A stretch of DNA of 63,694 nt, counting the filler, from Porpidia crustulata (lineage: Eukaryota): the NCBI GenBank assembly GCA_964255105.1. It is 7 parts of 7 records of this genome, joined end to end, with 100 filler letters (N's around TTAATTAATTAA, not from the genome) between each part and the next. Parts side by side here need not be neighbours in the genome. Positions count along the whole stretch, not along the records: positions 1 to 9,034 come from CAXUWE010001007.1; positions 9,135 to 18,148 come from CAXUWE010001008.1; 5 more parts are not named here. One strand, written 5' to 3'. A model generated the notes under the pieces. The model was not told the DNA's origin, searched no databases, and saw only the letters and a list, made by a program, of their open reading frames with translations. This document shows, in pieces, positions 1 to 12,096 of this stretch. The position numbers and the translations under genes were made by a program. Positions within the stretch are counted from its first letter, which is position 1, and each line of letters opens with the position of its first letter.

Positions 1-382
1 TATGGGCACTACATGTTTAAGAAGTAAGGAAGATTTAGGGCAAGATTCCAACGATTACGGGGGGGGAGGCATAGCACGGAAAAACCTAGGGCGCTCAGGA
101 TCATGTTTTCCATTTGTCTTGCAAAAAGCTCTTGTGTCATTCTGGTTTCGGGGTGCGTGGCTGGCTGTATGTATATCTAACCGTGGGCGGATTGAAAAAG
201 TACGATTTGGTTCCGGGCTGTTCAAAGTGCCCTTTTGTATTATTATTATAAAAGTTTTTTTTTCGATTATTCTCTGAATCTCTGTCACGGTAAAACTACT
301 GCATTTTGACCGTCAGCACCGCAGCAACCCTGATCCTAGAATCTTCCCATTGATCATCATTCATCTCAAGCTTCTTGAACCT

Positions 383-914
383 GCTCTTCTCGTAATCTCA
401 ACTGAACTCGTAGTTGTCGTCTCAGAAAAGCGATTTCATCAGCTTGATTGATAGAAATTACTTGATCGAGCTCTTGAAGAATAGCTCTGACTTGAACTGC
501 TTGAAATATTGACTAGCGATGTATATAAATATGAGCAAAAGACGCAATCTCTTTATCGTTCAAGCGGACGATAGAAGTCGAATCGAATGAAAGATTAAGA
601 ATGAAAGCGTCAGTGATAGAAATCGCGAGAATCGACAGCAGATGTAGCATAAGTATTTGAAAGGCGTGTCATATTATTAGTATTGCTATTTATATTTAAC
701 ATGACATGTTTTAAATCATAATATATTCATGAGTTCTTACTTTACATTCAGGTTTATATGCGTAAGTTGAGTGAGCTGATTCATAATCTGCGCGAGCTGA
801 ACAGACGAACACGTTATTCATTCGCTGAAATTGTTGTTGTAGTTCGTTAGAAGCTTGATTGAAACAAATGCTCGTTTAAGTAAAGTCTGAAAGACGCTGC
901 TGCGTCATCACAAA
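383..914. other. AT-rich decayed sequence (probable mutated repeat or pseudogene remnant)
   Basis: No intact ORF. One minus-strand frame gives a coding-like fragment (IFQAVQVRAILQELDQVISINQADEIAFLRRQLRVQ...) broken by TGA stops. CC/GG dinucleotides are almost absent. Confidence 0.5.
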
Positions 915-1572
915 GGGATATGTTATCAAGGATTTGGTTGTTGTGAGTCGGGAGGAGTTGAGAAGCGTAAGCAGCACAATGATAGCAATAGGGCCGCTAG
1001 CGCTGAACTGGAAGCAGCAACCGGTGGCTCTTTCATCAGGAGTGGGATTATTTTTTGATATTGTCGTTTGGAGCTGCTGATGTTTGATGGTGTTTCATCC
1101 ATTTGTCGGTGGTTAAGCTTCGATCGATCTTGTGGTTTTAAGCGTTGTGAGGGGGTGGGAGGGAGGTCGTTGTTGTCGTTGTTGTAAATGGTTTATCTTG
1201 ATGAGGAGTTGAAATTTTCTAGAGTTGTGCGGAAAGGATGATTGTATTAAACATGTACATAGCATGATCCAGCGGCCTACGCAGTTCATGCTTATAGTAT
1301 GTTGACGAGCCTCGGAAAGCTGTAGCGGGTATAATCTTGGAATCCCAACGCAAAGGAGCATGTGAACATCGAACCACGAAATGTACGGGAAGAATTGGGA
1401 TTCTACCTACTCTACTTGCATGAACCATAACAAATGGGTATCTACGCTGATGAAAAATTTATACCCAATGGTTCCGGCTCCAAACACGATGGTCTGTCCA
1501 AACGATTCCCCTGATTGATTCGAAAACGCCGTCGCTGAAACGTGCACAAAATGTTTAGTTTCCTCCGTGGTG

Positions 1573-2835
1573 TCAGACGGCTTCTTCGGAGCCTGTGATA
1601 ATCATGTATGGCAAGCCTAGAGGTCCTCTTGCCTCAGCTAGCCTGATGACGCTTCCTCCGGATCTTTGCGACGACATTGAGCCGCGAGATGATGTTGGCC
1701 TGATGGATGCTGGGGAAGTTGTGCGTACACCCCTATGGGATGCCCGGGAGGAAGCATTACGCCGCAGGAACGTGGGAGACATGCGAGCTGTTTTCGGGCT
1801 CGAGCCGCCGCTGGACGTCGAAGTACCGGTGTAGGCCAGGGGACGAGGGGTGTAGGCGACGGTGTCGGTGGAGGAAAGACTGGCGGCTTCCGCGCCGTCG
1901 CTGGACGATGCGCTTTCCGAGCTTGCGTGGAGGTCGGCGATGATGCCGGGATCGAGGTGGACCATGCTGCGGAGGATTTCGGCGAAGATGTTCATCAAGC
2001 TCCTGAATTCGGCTTCGTTGAGCTGGGAGCCGGAGAAGCGGGCTTTTTCGTAGAGGGCGAGGAAGGAGGCGGTGAGGGAGGCGGGAGAGATGATGGAGAG
2101 GGAGAGGAGGTGGAAGAGGTAGTCGCGGAGATTCGTTGTCGCGGGGCGTTGGAGGAGCTCTACGACTGCTGCGTCGGGAGTTGGCGGGTTTGGGGGATCC
2201 ATTTCGGGTATGTTAGGATCTTCTGCGTCATAGAGTGGATCTGGTGGAGCGAGGGAAACGGCTTTTGCTTCGATGAGATGGGGGAGCTCGAGGATGACGG
2301 GCTCATACTGGAGGTTTGGAAGATCGGATGATGAAGGAGAGGACCAGCCCGGGTGCTCAATTATGCCCCAAACCGGTGCGTGAGGAAATGCGGTTGCTGC
2401 GTCGTCTGGCTTTCGGGAGGTGGAGATCCGATGTGTTTTTGCACTGGGGAAGAGCCCTCGCGATGCGGCGGAGACTTTCTCGTTTCGTAGGTCTCGAGGA
2501 CGAGATTCATAGCTTATCAATGCACTACGTTCCAAATGCTCCAGGACTAGCCTCCGAACTCGTTTGCCAACATCTGCCTTCTCTGTTGGCGACCATGTCT
2601 TGGGTATAGCAGCTAGCGCAGTCCGGTTGGTATAAAGACGAAATGCATAGAGTACTATTGCGGTGAGGAGAGTAAGCACGTATGCGCCAGCGACAATGAA
2701 AACGTTGTAGATCTGTTGGTTTTTGAAGGCTTGATAAATCTGATCGGCGGGGGTCACGAGAAGAAGAAGGATGAGGATGAGGGAGAAGATGCTGAAAGTG
2801 GTGCTGTAGAAGATACGGAAGAATGGGATGTGCAT
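1573..2835 (-). CDS. DLT1: Defect at low temperature protein 1 homolog (N-terminal two-TM membrane protein)
   Basis: Single-exon 420-aa ORF. N-terminus FRIFYSTT...LLLVTPADQIYQ...FIVAGAYVL with two hydrophobic helices, then WGIIEHPGWSSP and ELPHLIEAKAVSLAP blocks recalled from fungal Dlt1. Confidence 0.75.
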   Translation of the reverse strand: MHIPFFRIFYSTTFSIFSLILILLLLVTPADQIYQAFKNQQIYNVFIVAGAYVLTLLTAIVLYAFRLYTNRTALAAIPKTWSPTEKADVGKRVRRLVLEHLERSALISYESRPRDLRNEKVSAASRGLFPSAKTHRISTSRKPDDAATAFPHAPVWGIIEHPGWSSPSSSDLPNLQYEPVILELPHLIEAKAVSLAPPDPLYDAEDPNIPEMDPPNPPTPDAAVVELLQRPATTNLRDYLFHLLSLSIISPASLTASFLALYEKARFSGSQLNEAEFRSLMNIFAEILRSMVHLDPGIIADLHASSESASSSDGAEAASLSSTDTVAYTPRPLAYTGTSTSSGGSSPKTARMSPTFLRRNASSRASHRGVRTTSPASIRPTSSRGSMSSQRSGGSVIRLAEARGPLGLPYMIITGSEEAV

Positions 2836-3112
2836 AATCTACATTTACATGGCTATCGCATGGGGAGGAGGAGAGAGATGGAATGCGGTCTAGCTGCTTC
2901 GGACAAAGGCGGCTCGGCGGCAAAATTGCGCTAGTGATTAGCAGGCATCTCCCGTTGCCCTCAATGATCCGTACAGTATCGTCATTCTTAAGTCGACGGT
3001 CAGGGACGACGCCGACAAAGCGTCTGCAACAGGTTGACGAAGTTCTAATAGCCTATACTGCTGCAATTTGCAGCGAGTCCCTCGTGGGCAGGAGGATTGG
3101 ATCCCTGATATC

Positions 3113-6078
3113 ATGGGTGTCCCCAAAGACACTCTGTTCCGCTCGGCGGACGTTTCCTTGACACAGTTGTACATTGCCAATGAGATTGGTCGGGAGGTTG
3201 TCAGTGCACTTGGAGAGATAGGAGAGGTCCAATTTCGAGATGTAAGTTCATTCTCTTGGGGTGAGCATGGAGCCGAAGAGCAATGTGCAGTGGTGGCTTC
3301 TCAAGGAAATTGAAGCCGCCTTTTCGCTGCATGACTGCGTGCGAAGCGCTAGAGTTATGGACGTGAATAAACTGCACAATCAAAGTATCAAGAATGATCG
3401 CTAAAGATTATTCTCGGACAGCTCAACTCCGAGACAACCGCTTTCCAGAGAACGTTCACCAAAGAGATCCGGAGGTTAGATAATGTCGAAAGACAGTTAC
3501 GCTATTTTCAATCACAGATCGACAAGGAGGAGATACCGACCCGGCCGCAGCATGAATTTGCCAATATTCTCGCGGCGCCCTCTGCGCACGAGATCGATGA
3601 GCTTGCAGACAAAAGCGAGAGCCTAGAACAGCGAGTGGCATCCCTCTACGATAGCTACGAAACCTTGAAAAAGCGAGAAGTCGAGCTCACAGAATGGCGA
3701 TGGGTTTTGACAGAAGCAGGAGGTTTCTTCGATCGGGTAAGGCTTCTCCAAGCCCTAGTTCAAGGCTATCACTCAGACTGATAGGCATTCAAGGCCCACG
3801 GAAATCCAGACGAAATACGGCAGTCCACCGACAACGACGAGGCGCCACTTCTAGCAGACGTTGAACAGCAGTCTAGAGGGCAAAATGGGGATGTGTCCGG
3901 GCAACAGTCACTCTCGGTCATGAACATTGGCTTTGTCGCTGGTGTGATACCTCGGTCGCGCATCGCCGCGTTTGAGCGGATTCTGTGGCGGACATTGCGT
4001 GGAAACCTATACATGAATCAGTCAGAGATACCTCAGCCCATCATTGATCCTACCAACAACGAAGAGATCCACAAAAATGTCTTTGTCATCTTCGCCCATG
4101 GTAAGGAGATCATCGCTAAGATACGTAAGATTTCAGAGTCTCTTGGAGCAGATTTGTATGGCGTGGATGAAAATAGTGAGCTACGGCGAGACCAAATACA
4201 CGAAGTCAATTCTCGTCTGAGCGATTTGTCCAATGTCCTTGGCAATACAAAGCGGACTTTAGACGCCGAGCTTACCCAGATCGCCAGAAGCCTGGCTGCT
4301 TGGATGGTTGTTATCAAAAAGGAAAAGGCCGTATACCAAACTCTGAATCGCTGCTCCTATGATCAAGCAAGAAAAACCTTAATTGCTGAGGCGTGGTGTC
4401 CAACGAACTCATTGCCCCTGATCAAGTCGACATTGCAAGATGTGAATGACCGAGCAGGTCTCTCAGTTCCAACTATCGTCAATCAGATCAAGACGTCAAA
4501 AACGCCGCCGACGTACAATAAAAAGAATAAGTTCACCGAGGCCTTTCAGACCATCATTGATGCCTATGGTACTGCTAAATACACCGAGGTCAACCCAGGA
4601 CTTCCAACCATCGTTACGTTTCCTTTTCTCTTCGCTGTCATGTTTGGGGACTTTGGCCATGGTACCCTCATGACATGTGCCGCGCTCGCTATGATATACT
4701 TTGAGCGGTCAATGAGCAAGACGAAGCTTAATGAACTCGTCGCTATGGCTTTCTACGGGCGTTACATTATGCTATTGATGGGGGTCTTTTCTATTTATAC
4801 CGGACTCATCTACAACGACGCTTTTTCCAAATCCCTGACTTTATTCCCTAGCCAATGGGAATGGCCCCATGACTTTGAGCTGGGGGACACGGTTCACCCT
4901 GAGCTGAAAAAGAATTATAGATATCCATTTGGACTTGACTGGAGTTGGCATGGCACCGACAACGAGCTCCTCTTTTCCAACAGCTTTAAGATGAAGCTTA
5001 GTATATTGATGGGTTGGGCCCACGTGAGTTGATCCGTCCAGAGGCCACAAGCACTAAATTTAACGAATTTTAGATGACCTACTCACTGTGCCTTTCCTAC
5101 ATCAACGCACGCCACTTCAAGTCGCCGATCGACATCTGGGGTAATTTCCTTCCAGGAATGATCTTTTTCCAATCTATATTTGGATATCTGGTATTTACCA
5201 TTGTATACAAATGGTCGATCGATTGGTACGCCATCAAAAAGCCACCACCTGGGCTCCTGAACATGCTCATCTACATGTTTCTTCAGCCAGGTAAGGTAGC
5301 TCCAGACGAACAGTTGTACTCAGGGCAGGCAGCTGTTCAGGTTGTGCTCCTACTTGTCGCTGTCGCCAATATACCAATACTGTTGCTTTTGAAACCATTA
5401 TATCTAAGATGGGAACATAACAGAGCTCGAGCAATGGGATACCGAGGCATTGGAGAAACTTCGAGGTTTAGCGCCCTAGACGCAGACGATGAGGATGGGC
5501 AAGTCATGAATGGTGGAAGAGATAGCATGGGCTCCGACCACGAAGCCGCGGCTATGATTACTCAAGACATCGGGGATGAGGAGCACGAAGAGTTTGAGTT
5601 TGGTGAGGTCATGATTCATCAAACCATTCACACTATAGGTAAGAGCTCGCATCCTCGTCCCCAGCGCAAAGATTACTAATTCAAGCAGAGTTCTGCCTGA
5701 ATTGTGTCTCACACACGGCATCGTATCTTCGTCTTTGGGCACTCTCACTTGCCCATCAGCAGCTCTCGGTCGTGCTGTGGAACATGACCCTCGGCCAAGC
5801 CTTCGGTTTCACAGGAGTCTTGGGCGTCATAGCAACGGTCGTGTTCTTCTACATGTGGTTCTTTTTGACTATCGCTATTCTTTGTGTTATGGAGGGAACG
5901 AGTGCTATGTTACACAGCCTGCGGTTGCATTGGGTCGAGGCAATGAGTAAGCATTTTATGGGTGATGGGGTACGTATTACTTGTGTACTTCATACGCTAC
6001 AACTGACACTGGCTACAGATTCCATTCGAACCATTTAGTTTCAAATTGCTGCTTGAAGAGGATGCAGATGATGGATAG
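3113..6078 (+). CDS. VPH1: V-type ATPase V0 subunit a
   Basis: Exon 1 [21 protein letters not shown] from ATG 3113. GT-AG introns start at 3242, 3737, ~5024, ~5639, ~5970. Motifs [41 protein letters not shown]. Stop TAG 6076-6078. Confidence 0.95.
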
Positions 6079-6825
6079 AGAGTTGGCATTGATTGTTCAT
6101 ATATGTGTTCATAGATTGTTGAACATAAGGCTTCCCTATCATGTGTTAACCATCGTCACCATAATCGAAAACCACGACACCTGTCTATTGACATTCGTTG
6201 ATTGTAATACCCGCCACCACAGCCACTGTGCTGTGGCATGGCATGGCATATCGACGTGCGTCAAGCATTTGACGTGAGTGAGTGTGGGGAAGGAACCCTG
6301 GAAAACGCCCCGCCCTGCCCGCCAAACGTCTACATCCTAAATATCTGTTTCCATTGCTCCTTCTCCGGTTTTAGATATAGATATAGATATCCCGGATATC
6401 TAGTTGAGAACAAGACATTCATTGTAATCTATATGTGACTGGTCTCCTTGAGATGGCCACTCTAATTATTTGGAGCATGCTATATCAGCAAATATTTACT
6501 CAAGCCTACACTCAAACTCTTGATAGAGCTTCCAAACAATAGCACACGACCAGGCTTCAAGATCTAGAAGAGCTCAATAATAGGTCCTGGGAGTCCTCTA
6601 AGCACATTACTGAGTGGTATGGATTCCCAGCTATTGCTGAACGGGTCTTGAATAATGATAGAGTAGCTCATGCAAACTTTCTAGAAAAGTCTACAACGAA
6701 GTCTCCGCGTTACGTCAATACGTAAAGCACGACACATAGAGCCACATCGTATACTGTGCACTTATTATACTAGATTACCAGACTGGACTAGACTTATCCA
6801 ATATCTCGATTGCAAGACTGTGAGC

Positions 6826-9034
6826 ATGGCCAAAAACAAGGAGCTAGTGCCGATGGTGAACTGGGTATATGATTTGGTTTTATGGGTATTCTCGATATTG
6901 GTAGACCTCTTTTTCAGAGAGGTCCACCCACGAGGTTCCTGGAAGATACCCAGGAGAGGACCGATCATTTTCGTGGCCGCTCCCCATGCAAACCAGGTAA
7001 GTTAAGTGCTGCTTGTCAACCTAGCTACATGCTAAATCTGGGCTTCCACCAGTTCGTTGACCCTCTTATTCTCATGCGGGTCATTCGTACCGAGGCTCAC
7101 CGCCGGATCGCATGGCTGATAGCTGCGCATTCAATGAAAAGGAGATTCGTCGGAGCTGCGGCGGGCCTAGCCGGAGCGGTGCCTGTAGCAAGAGCTCTGG
7201 ACAATGTCAAGCCGGCCAAGGGAAAAGTCTATTTACCGGATCCCATCAACGATCCTACGCTTGTTCGAGGTGTAGGCACGGATTTTGAGCGAGAGGCTCA
7301 AAAAGGTGGGTTGCTGGTTCTACCAAAGGTAGGTGGCGTTGCTGCAAGTTCAGAAATATTAGAAGTCCATGGGTCAGAAGAGCTTCGTCTCAAGAAAACG
7401 TTCAAGGAAGATGCAGTGCAGAAGCTTCTTACAGGCAAAAGTAACCTTGAAGGGGATGTTGAGGCTGATGCCAACGGAGCCAATGGAGTAAAGGAGGGTT
7501 TTGAAGGCACATCGTTTAAGACGGCACCCAAGGTTGACCAGACAATGGTCTACGATGCGGTTTTCGAGAGGCTGAATCTTGGTGGCTGCGTTGGCATCTT
7601 TCCAGAGGGAGGAAGTCACGACAGGACCGAATTGTTGCCATTAAAAGCCGGCGTTGCGATCATGGCTCTCGGATCCTTGGCTGCTAATCCAGATTCCGGC
7701 TTGAAGATTATCCCATGCGGCATGAATTACTTCCATGCTCATAAGTTCCGATCACGAGCCGTGGTTGAATTTGGCTCACCAGTCGAAGTACCTCCGGAGC
7801 TTGTGGAGCTCTACAAGAGCGGGGAAAGGCGTGAAGCCACACGCCAGCTTCTCGAGATGGTGTATCAAGCTTTGGTGGCTGTGACGGTCACAAGCCCAGA
7901 CTATGACACCCTCATGGTAAGCGACTGCACCATTCTTGTATTGGCTTGAGCTGATGCGTCCATCAGCTAATACAAGCCGCACGGCGGCTATACAATCCTA
8001 CCGGTAAGAAACTACCTTTACCGATGATTGTGGAGCTCAACAGGCGGCTCGTCAAGGGCTACACTCACTACAAAGATGATCCCAGAATATCCGGCCTCAA
8101 GAAGTCTGTCGTCGCGTATAACAAAAAGCTCTGGCTCCTTGGTCTACGGGACCACCAAGTGGAATATGCAAAATTCTCAGTTATTGCAGTCGTTGGTACT
8201 TTAATCTACAGGCTTGGAAAGCTCGGAGCCATGGCCGTTGGGACGTTACCAGGGCTCGTACTCTTCGCCCCAGTCTTTGTAGCTTCAAAGCTCATTTCCA
8301 TTAAAAAATCTCGTGAGGCATTGGCGGCCTCAACTGTCAAACTCCAAGGCCGAGACGTGATGGCAACATGGAAGCTCCTTGTTGCTCTCGCCTTCGCCCC
8401 CTTCCTTTATGCCTCTTACACCGCGACTCTTACGTACTGGACTTACCGCAACCGCATCCAGGGCCTCATGCCCGAATGGGTACCGCTCTGGATGGTAATC
8501 GCCTTCGGCATGGTCTTCTTTCCCTCTGTCACCTTTGCCGCCCTCCGTTTCGGCGAAACGGGTATGGACATCTTCAAGTCCCTGCGACCTCTAGTGCTGT
8601 CCCTTAACCCTACCTCCGCCAATACGCTCGTCAAGCTCCGCAAAGAGCGTGCAAGGTTATCGACAGAAGTCACGGAGGTGATCAATACCCTGGGGCCGGA
8701 GATGTTCCCAGACTTTGACTCGGCGCGTATCATTGCCGATCCGTTCCACGAAGGAAGAGGCACACCTCCAGCCACCCCCAAGTCCCCTCGTCATGCCCGC
8801 ACCCCATCTTACGACCTCAAACCAAACACTTCCGCAACCCCTAGCGCGAACGCCATCACCGACGCCAGCCTGGCCGGCGGCTCCTCCGCCGGCGGCCATC
8901 TCCCGCGCAACGAATCCTTTGGCAACCTGGGCAACATCGCTCTCTTCGCCTCGCGCCCCCCCTCTCGAAGTCGCAGCCGGACCAGTTCGATCAGTGGGGG
9001 CAACGGTGGGGGCGGCGGGTTCCCGGTCAAGGGG
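6826..9034 (+). CDS. SCT1: Glycerol-3-phosphate/dihydroxyacetone-phosphate O-acyltransferase (Sct1/Gpt2 family), 3' end truncated by contig end
   Basis: Acyltransferase motifs APHANQFVD (split by intron 6997-7052) and IFPEGGSHDR. Second intron 7917-7966. Frame still open at the spacer. Confidence 0.9.
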
Positions 9035-9134
9035 NNNNNNNNNNNNNNNNNNNNNNNNNNNNNNNNNNNNNNNNNNNNTTAATTAATTAANNNNNNNNNN
9101 NNNNNNNNNNNNNNNNNNNNNNNNNNNNNNNNNN
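9035..9134. other. Artificial contig spacer (N44-TTAATTAATTAA-N44)
   Basis: Identical 100-bp spacer with a six-frame stop linker, seen six times in the window. Confidence 0.97.
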
Positions 9135-9204
9135 GTATGGTGCTGAGGGGGGTGGAGGTTGGGCGCGCGCGGGCTAGGCATATAAGTTGCCTTGTGGAAG
9201 CCAT
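9135..9204 (-). CDS. 5' fragment of a probable mitochondrial protein, truncated by contig end
   Basis: ATG at 9204 gives MASTRQLICLARARPTSTPLSTI, rich in R/S/T/A/L with no acidic residues (presequence-like). Divergent from ACP1. Confidence 0.45.
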
Positions 9205-9451
9205 TGCGGCAGAATCAAGAGATTGTGAGAATGGGGTGGTGGAGGGCGTTTTAGCAAGAGGTGAACGTTAAAAGGATGATATGGTGATAATCTACAAGAA
9301 GCGATATTTGATTGGTGGCAATAGGATATAAGGCGCTAGTGACTTAGTGCACCTTTCGCTCGAACGACGAAGCTCCCAAAAAACTATCGTCATTCCATCG
9401 AGCTCAGAAAGATCTTCTCACGCAATTGCCATACACGCCATTGCCTTCATT

Positions 9452-10140
9452 ATGATCCGGCCAGCCCTTCTTCAGTCCGCCCGATGCGTCTCGAGGCTAA
9501 CAGTCCGAACGCGATTTCCTACCTCAAGGGCGATTTCACCATGTTTTGCCGTCAAATCCGCTCGCATCCCTCCTCCTAATCATATCACGGCGACGAGATG
9601 GTATTCAGCGCCGGCTGGACTATCAGAGAAGGAAGTCGAGGGTAGGATAATGGATCTCCTGAAGAACTTCGATAAGGTAAGTGCTGTATGCGTGCATGGA
9701 ATAGGCCAAGCTAATAGTACGGTTGTATAGGTTACCGACGTGACAAAGGTATATCAATTTCCTGTATCATTGAAGCGAACGAGAAAGGATGACTTGGTGT
9801 ATAGCTTTCAAACAAATCACATTTTGGGAATGACCTGGGTCTCGACAGCTTGGACACAGTGGAAGTGGTAATGGCAATTGAGGAGGTATGGATCTCATGT
9901 GCCATGTCCAGCTTTGTTATCTCACACATATATACAGGAATTCAGCATAGAGATCCCTGACAAGGAGGCGGATGCAATTCACAGTGGTAAGCTTTTCCAT
10001 GGAGACCCTTTCGATCATTATTTCTGATATACCTCACAGTGGACAAGGCTGTCGCATATATACTCTCCCAACCCGATGGTGCGTGATCCAAGTACAGGAT
10101 CTCCCAAATAGCTACTGACTTGAATGACTCAGCTCACTGA
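9452..10140 (+). CDS. ACP1: Mitochondrial acyl carrier protein
   Basis: Presequence MIRPALLQSARCVSRL... and phosphopantetheine motif DLGLDSLDTVEVVMAIEEEF. Six exons, including an 18-nt exon (9731-9748) and a final coding segment of 8 nt (10133-10140). Confidence 0.93.
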
Positions 10141-10809
10141 ATTATGGCGAAATGGGGCAGGGTGGCTGGTTGCGAGACGTTTTCCGATTTATCGCTGGTG
10201 TATGTTAGTAGATTTCACATAAGTCAATAATACGGAGGCAATCCATGTTTGCACCATGCCACGACCATACCAGTATCCATCAGACTGTCCTGAGACGAAG
10301 CACCAATCCTACATATTCCCCCTCAGTATTAATAAATGCTTTTTTACCGTCCACATAACAGATCCCCAATAATATAATGGTGTCGTCAGTTCAATTTTTA
10401 TTATGATCTGCTTGGATGCCTCGAATTGGAATATGAAGCTCCTAGAAAACAGGGCCGCCCAGGATCTTCTTGCCCTAATTCTTGATCAAATTCCATCCCC
10501 AGCCAGTAACGGCACAACATTTTTCCGAGCTGCGGCGGGCGGCTGTGAAAGTAGCGAGCCGTGTTTTGGGTCCCGACACAGGACAATAATCCTTCATAGC
10601 TTTACTACGTCGTGATAATCGAGGGCTGAATTGCAATTAAAGGCAGCGATGAGCGGGACAGGAGATTTCGTTCTAGCTTCAAAATAACAAATTTCTCAGC
10701 TACCTCTTCCCCGAGACAGAGCGAATGCTTTCATTAGAAGGCCCCACAATCACCACAATTTCTTGCAGAGGTCGCCGAAGATAGCGCCACAAACAGCAAA
10801 GCAAGCTAC

Positions 10810-12096
10810 ATGGCGTCAGCCAGTGGCCTAACTCGGCGGCGTGGTGGAGGGGGCACCTCAGCTAACGGCGACGATGAGAATGATTCAAGCCGGGTCAGTT
10901 CACCAGCTCCAAAAGGCGGCATCGACAACCGTACCCCTGAGACATCCTATACTGGCGGGGAGAATGGGCACAAGATAGCGTTTGACCCCCGAGATATAAG
11001 TGAGACCGAAGAGCGAAATAAGCAACCGAAGCTTACTTTGATGGAGGATGTCTTGCTTCTAGGGCTGAAGGATAAGCAGGTAATGGATCTGGAAGCCCAG
11101 GCAATCCATGCCGTAACTTGCTAACATTTCATGATCTAAGGGCTATCTATCGTTCTGGAACGACAACATATCATATGCTCTACGAGGATGTATAGTTATT
11201 GAGCTCGCATTTAGGGGCCGCGTGAGTATGCAAAAGGACTCGTCGAGGCGGCGCTTTCCATTAGCAGACCGAGTCATTGAAGTCATTGATGACACGTTGA
11301 CGGGGGAAGTGCTATTGGATGAGGCATTGAAGATGATGAAGTCAAGCGAGAAAATGAGCGTCAGCTCGTGGATCGATTTGATGAGTGGTGAGGATGTAAG
11401 ACCCGAGGTAGTCGGTATCGAGGCTAATTCGTTGCATGGTCAGGAGAGACGTGGAACCTCATGAAAATTGGCTATCAATTAAAACAAGTTCGAGAACGTC
11501 TAGCAAAAGGGCTTGTGGATAAGGGTATACTGCGCACAGAGAAACGCAATTTCCTCTTGTTCGACATGGCGACGCACCCAGTCGCCGATGGTGGGGCGAA
11601 AGATGAGATTCGACGTCGTGTGCGAACAGTGCTGACGAATAGGACGGTTGTCCTCCCACCGAGTCAGTTCCTCCCCGAAGATATGGAATTCAGGTACATT
11701 CGAACGATAGCCATGGTTTGCGCAGCTTACGCGGCCAACGTGTTGGAGAATGCTCTGTCTTCGCTTGGGCATGAATCGAGAGAGCGTGCATTTGCACAAG
11801 TCGATGAGTTGCTGTCTGAGTATTCGCAATGGCCTTTTGGCAAACGAGCTGGTGGCGCGCAGGGTCTTGGGGCAAATTTAGGGCACGTGATTACGGATGA
11901 GGTCAACAAGGGAAAAGATAAAGAACTGCAATTAGAGGTATGTACCTTGAGCTCATCTTAAATTCAGGTTTCGCAGAGCGCATAGAGTGTCATGCAAAGC
12001 ATCGCCGGCTAGACGAGCCCAGAATGTCGACTGACGGAAGCTTAGGTCGTGGCGGCTTGCTTGAGCGTCTTTACTAGGCTGGACTCGTTGTTATGA
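10810..12096 (+). CDS. VPS74: Golgi PI4P-binding protein Vps74/GOLPH3
   Basis: LTRRR N-terminus; [66 protein letters not shown]. Three introns; ends VFTRLDSLL*. Confidence 0.95.

Noticed and set aside
1595..2609. Several long plus-strand ORFs antisense to DLT1 (and similar shadows over other genes)
   Set aside because: Shadow ORFs caused by GC-rich codon bias of the real gene; no recognisable motifs.
9079..9090. TTAATTAATTAA recurring every ~9.1 kb as a biological periodic repeat
   Set aside because: Always embedded in identical N runs; it is a six-frame stop linker added during contig concatenation.
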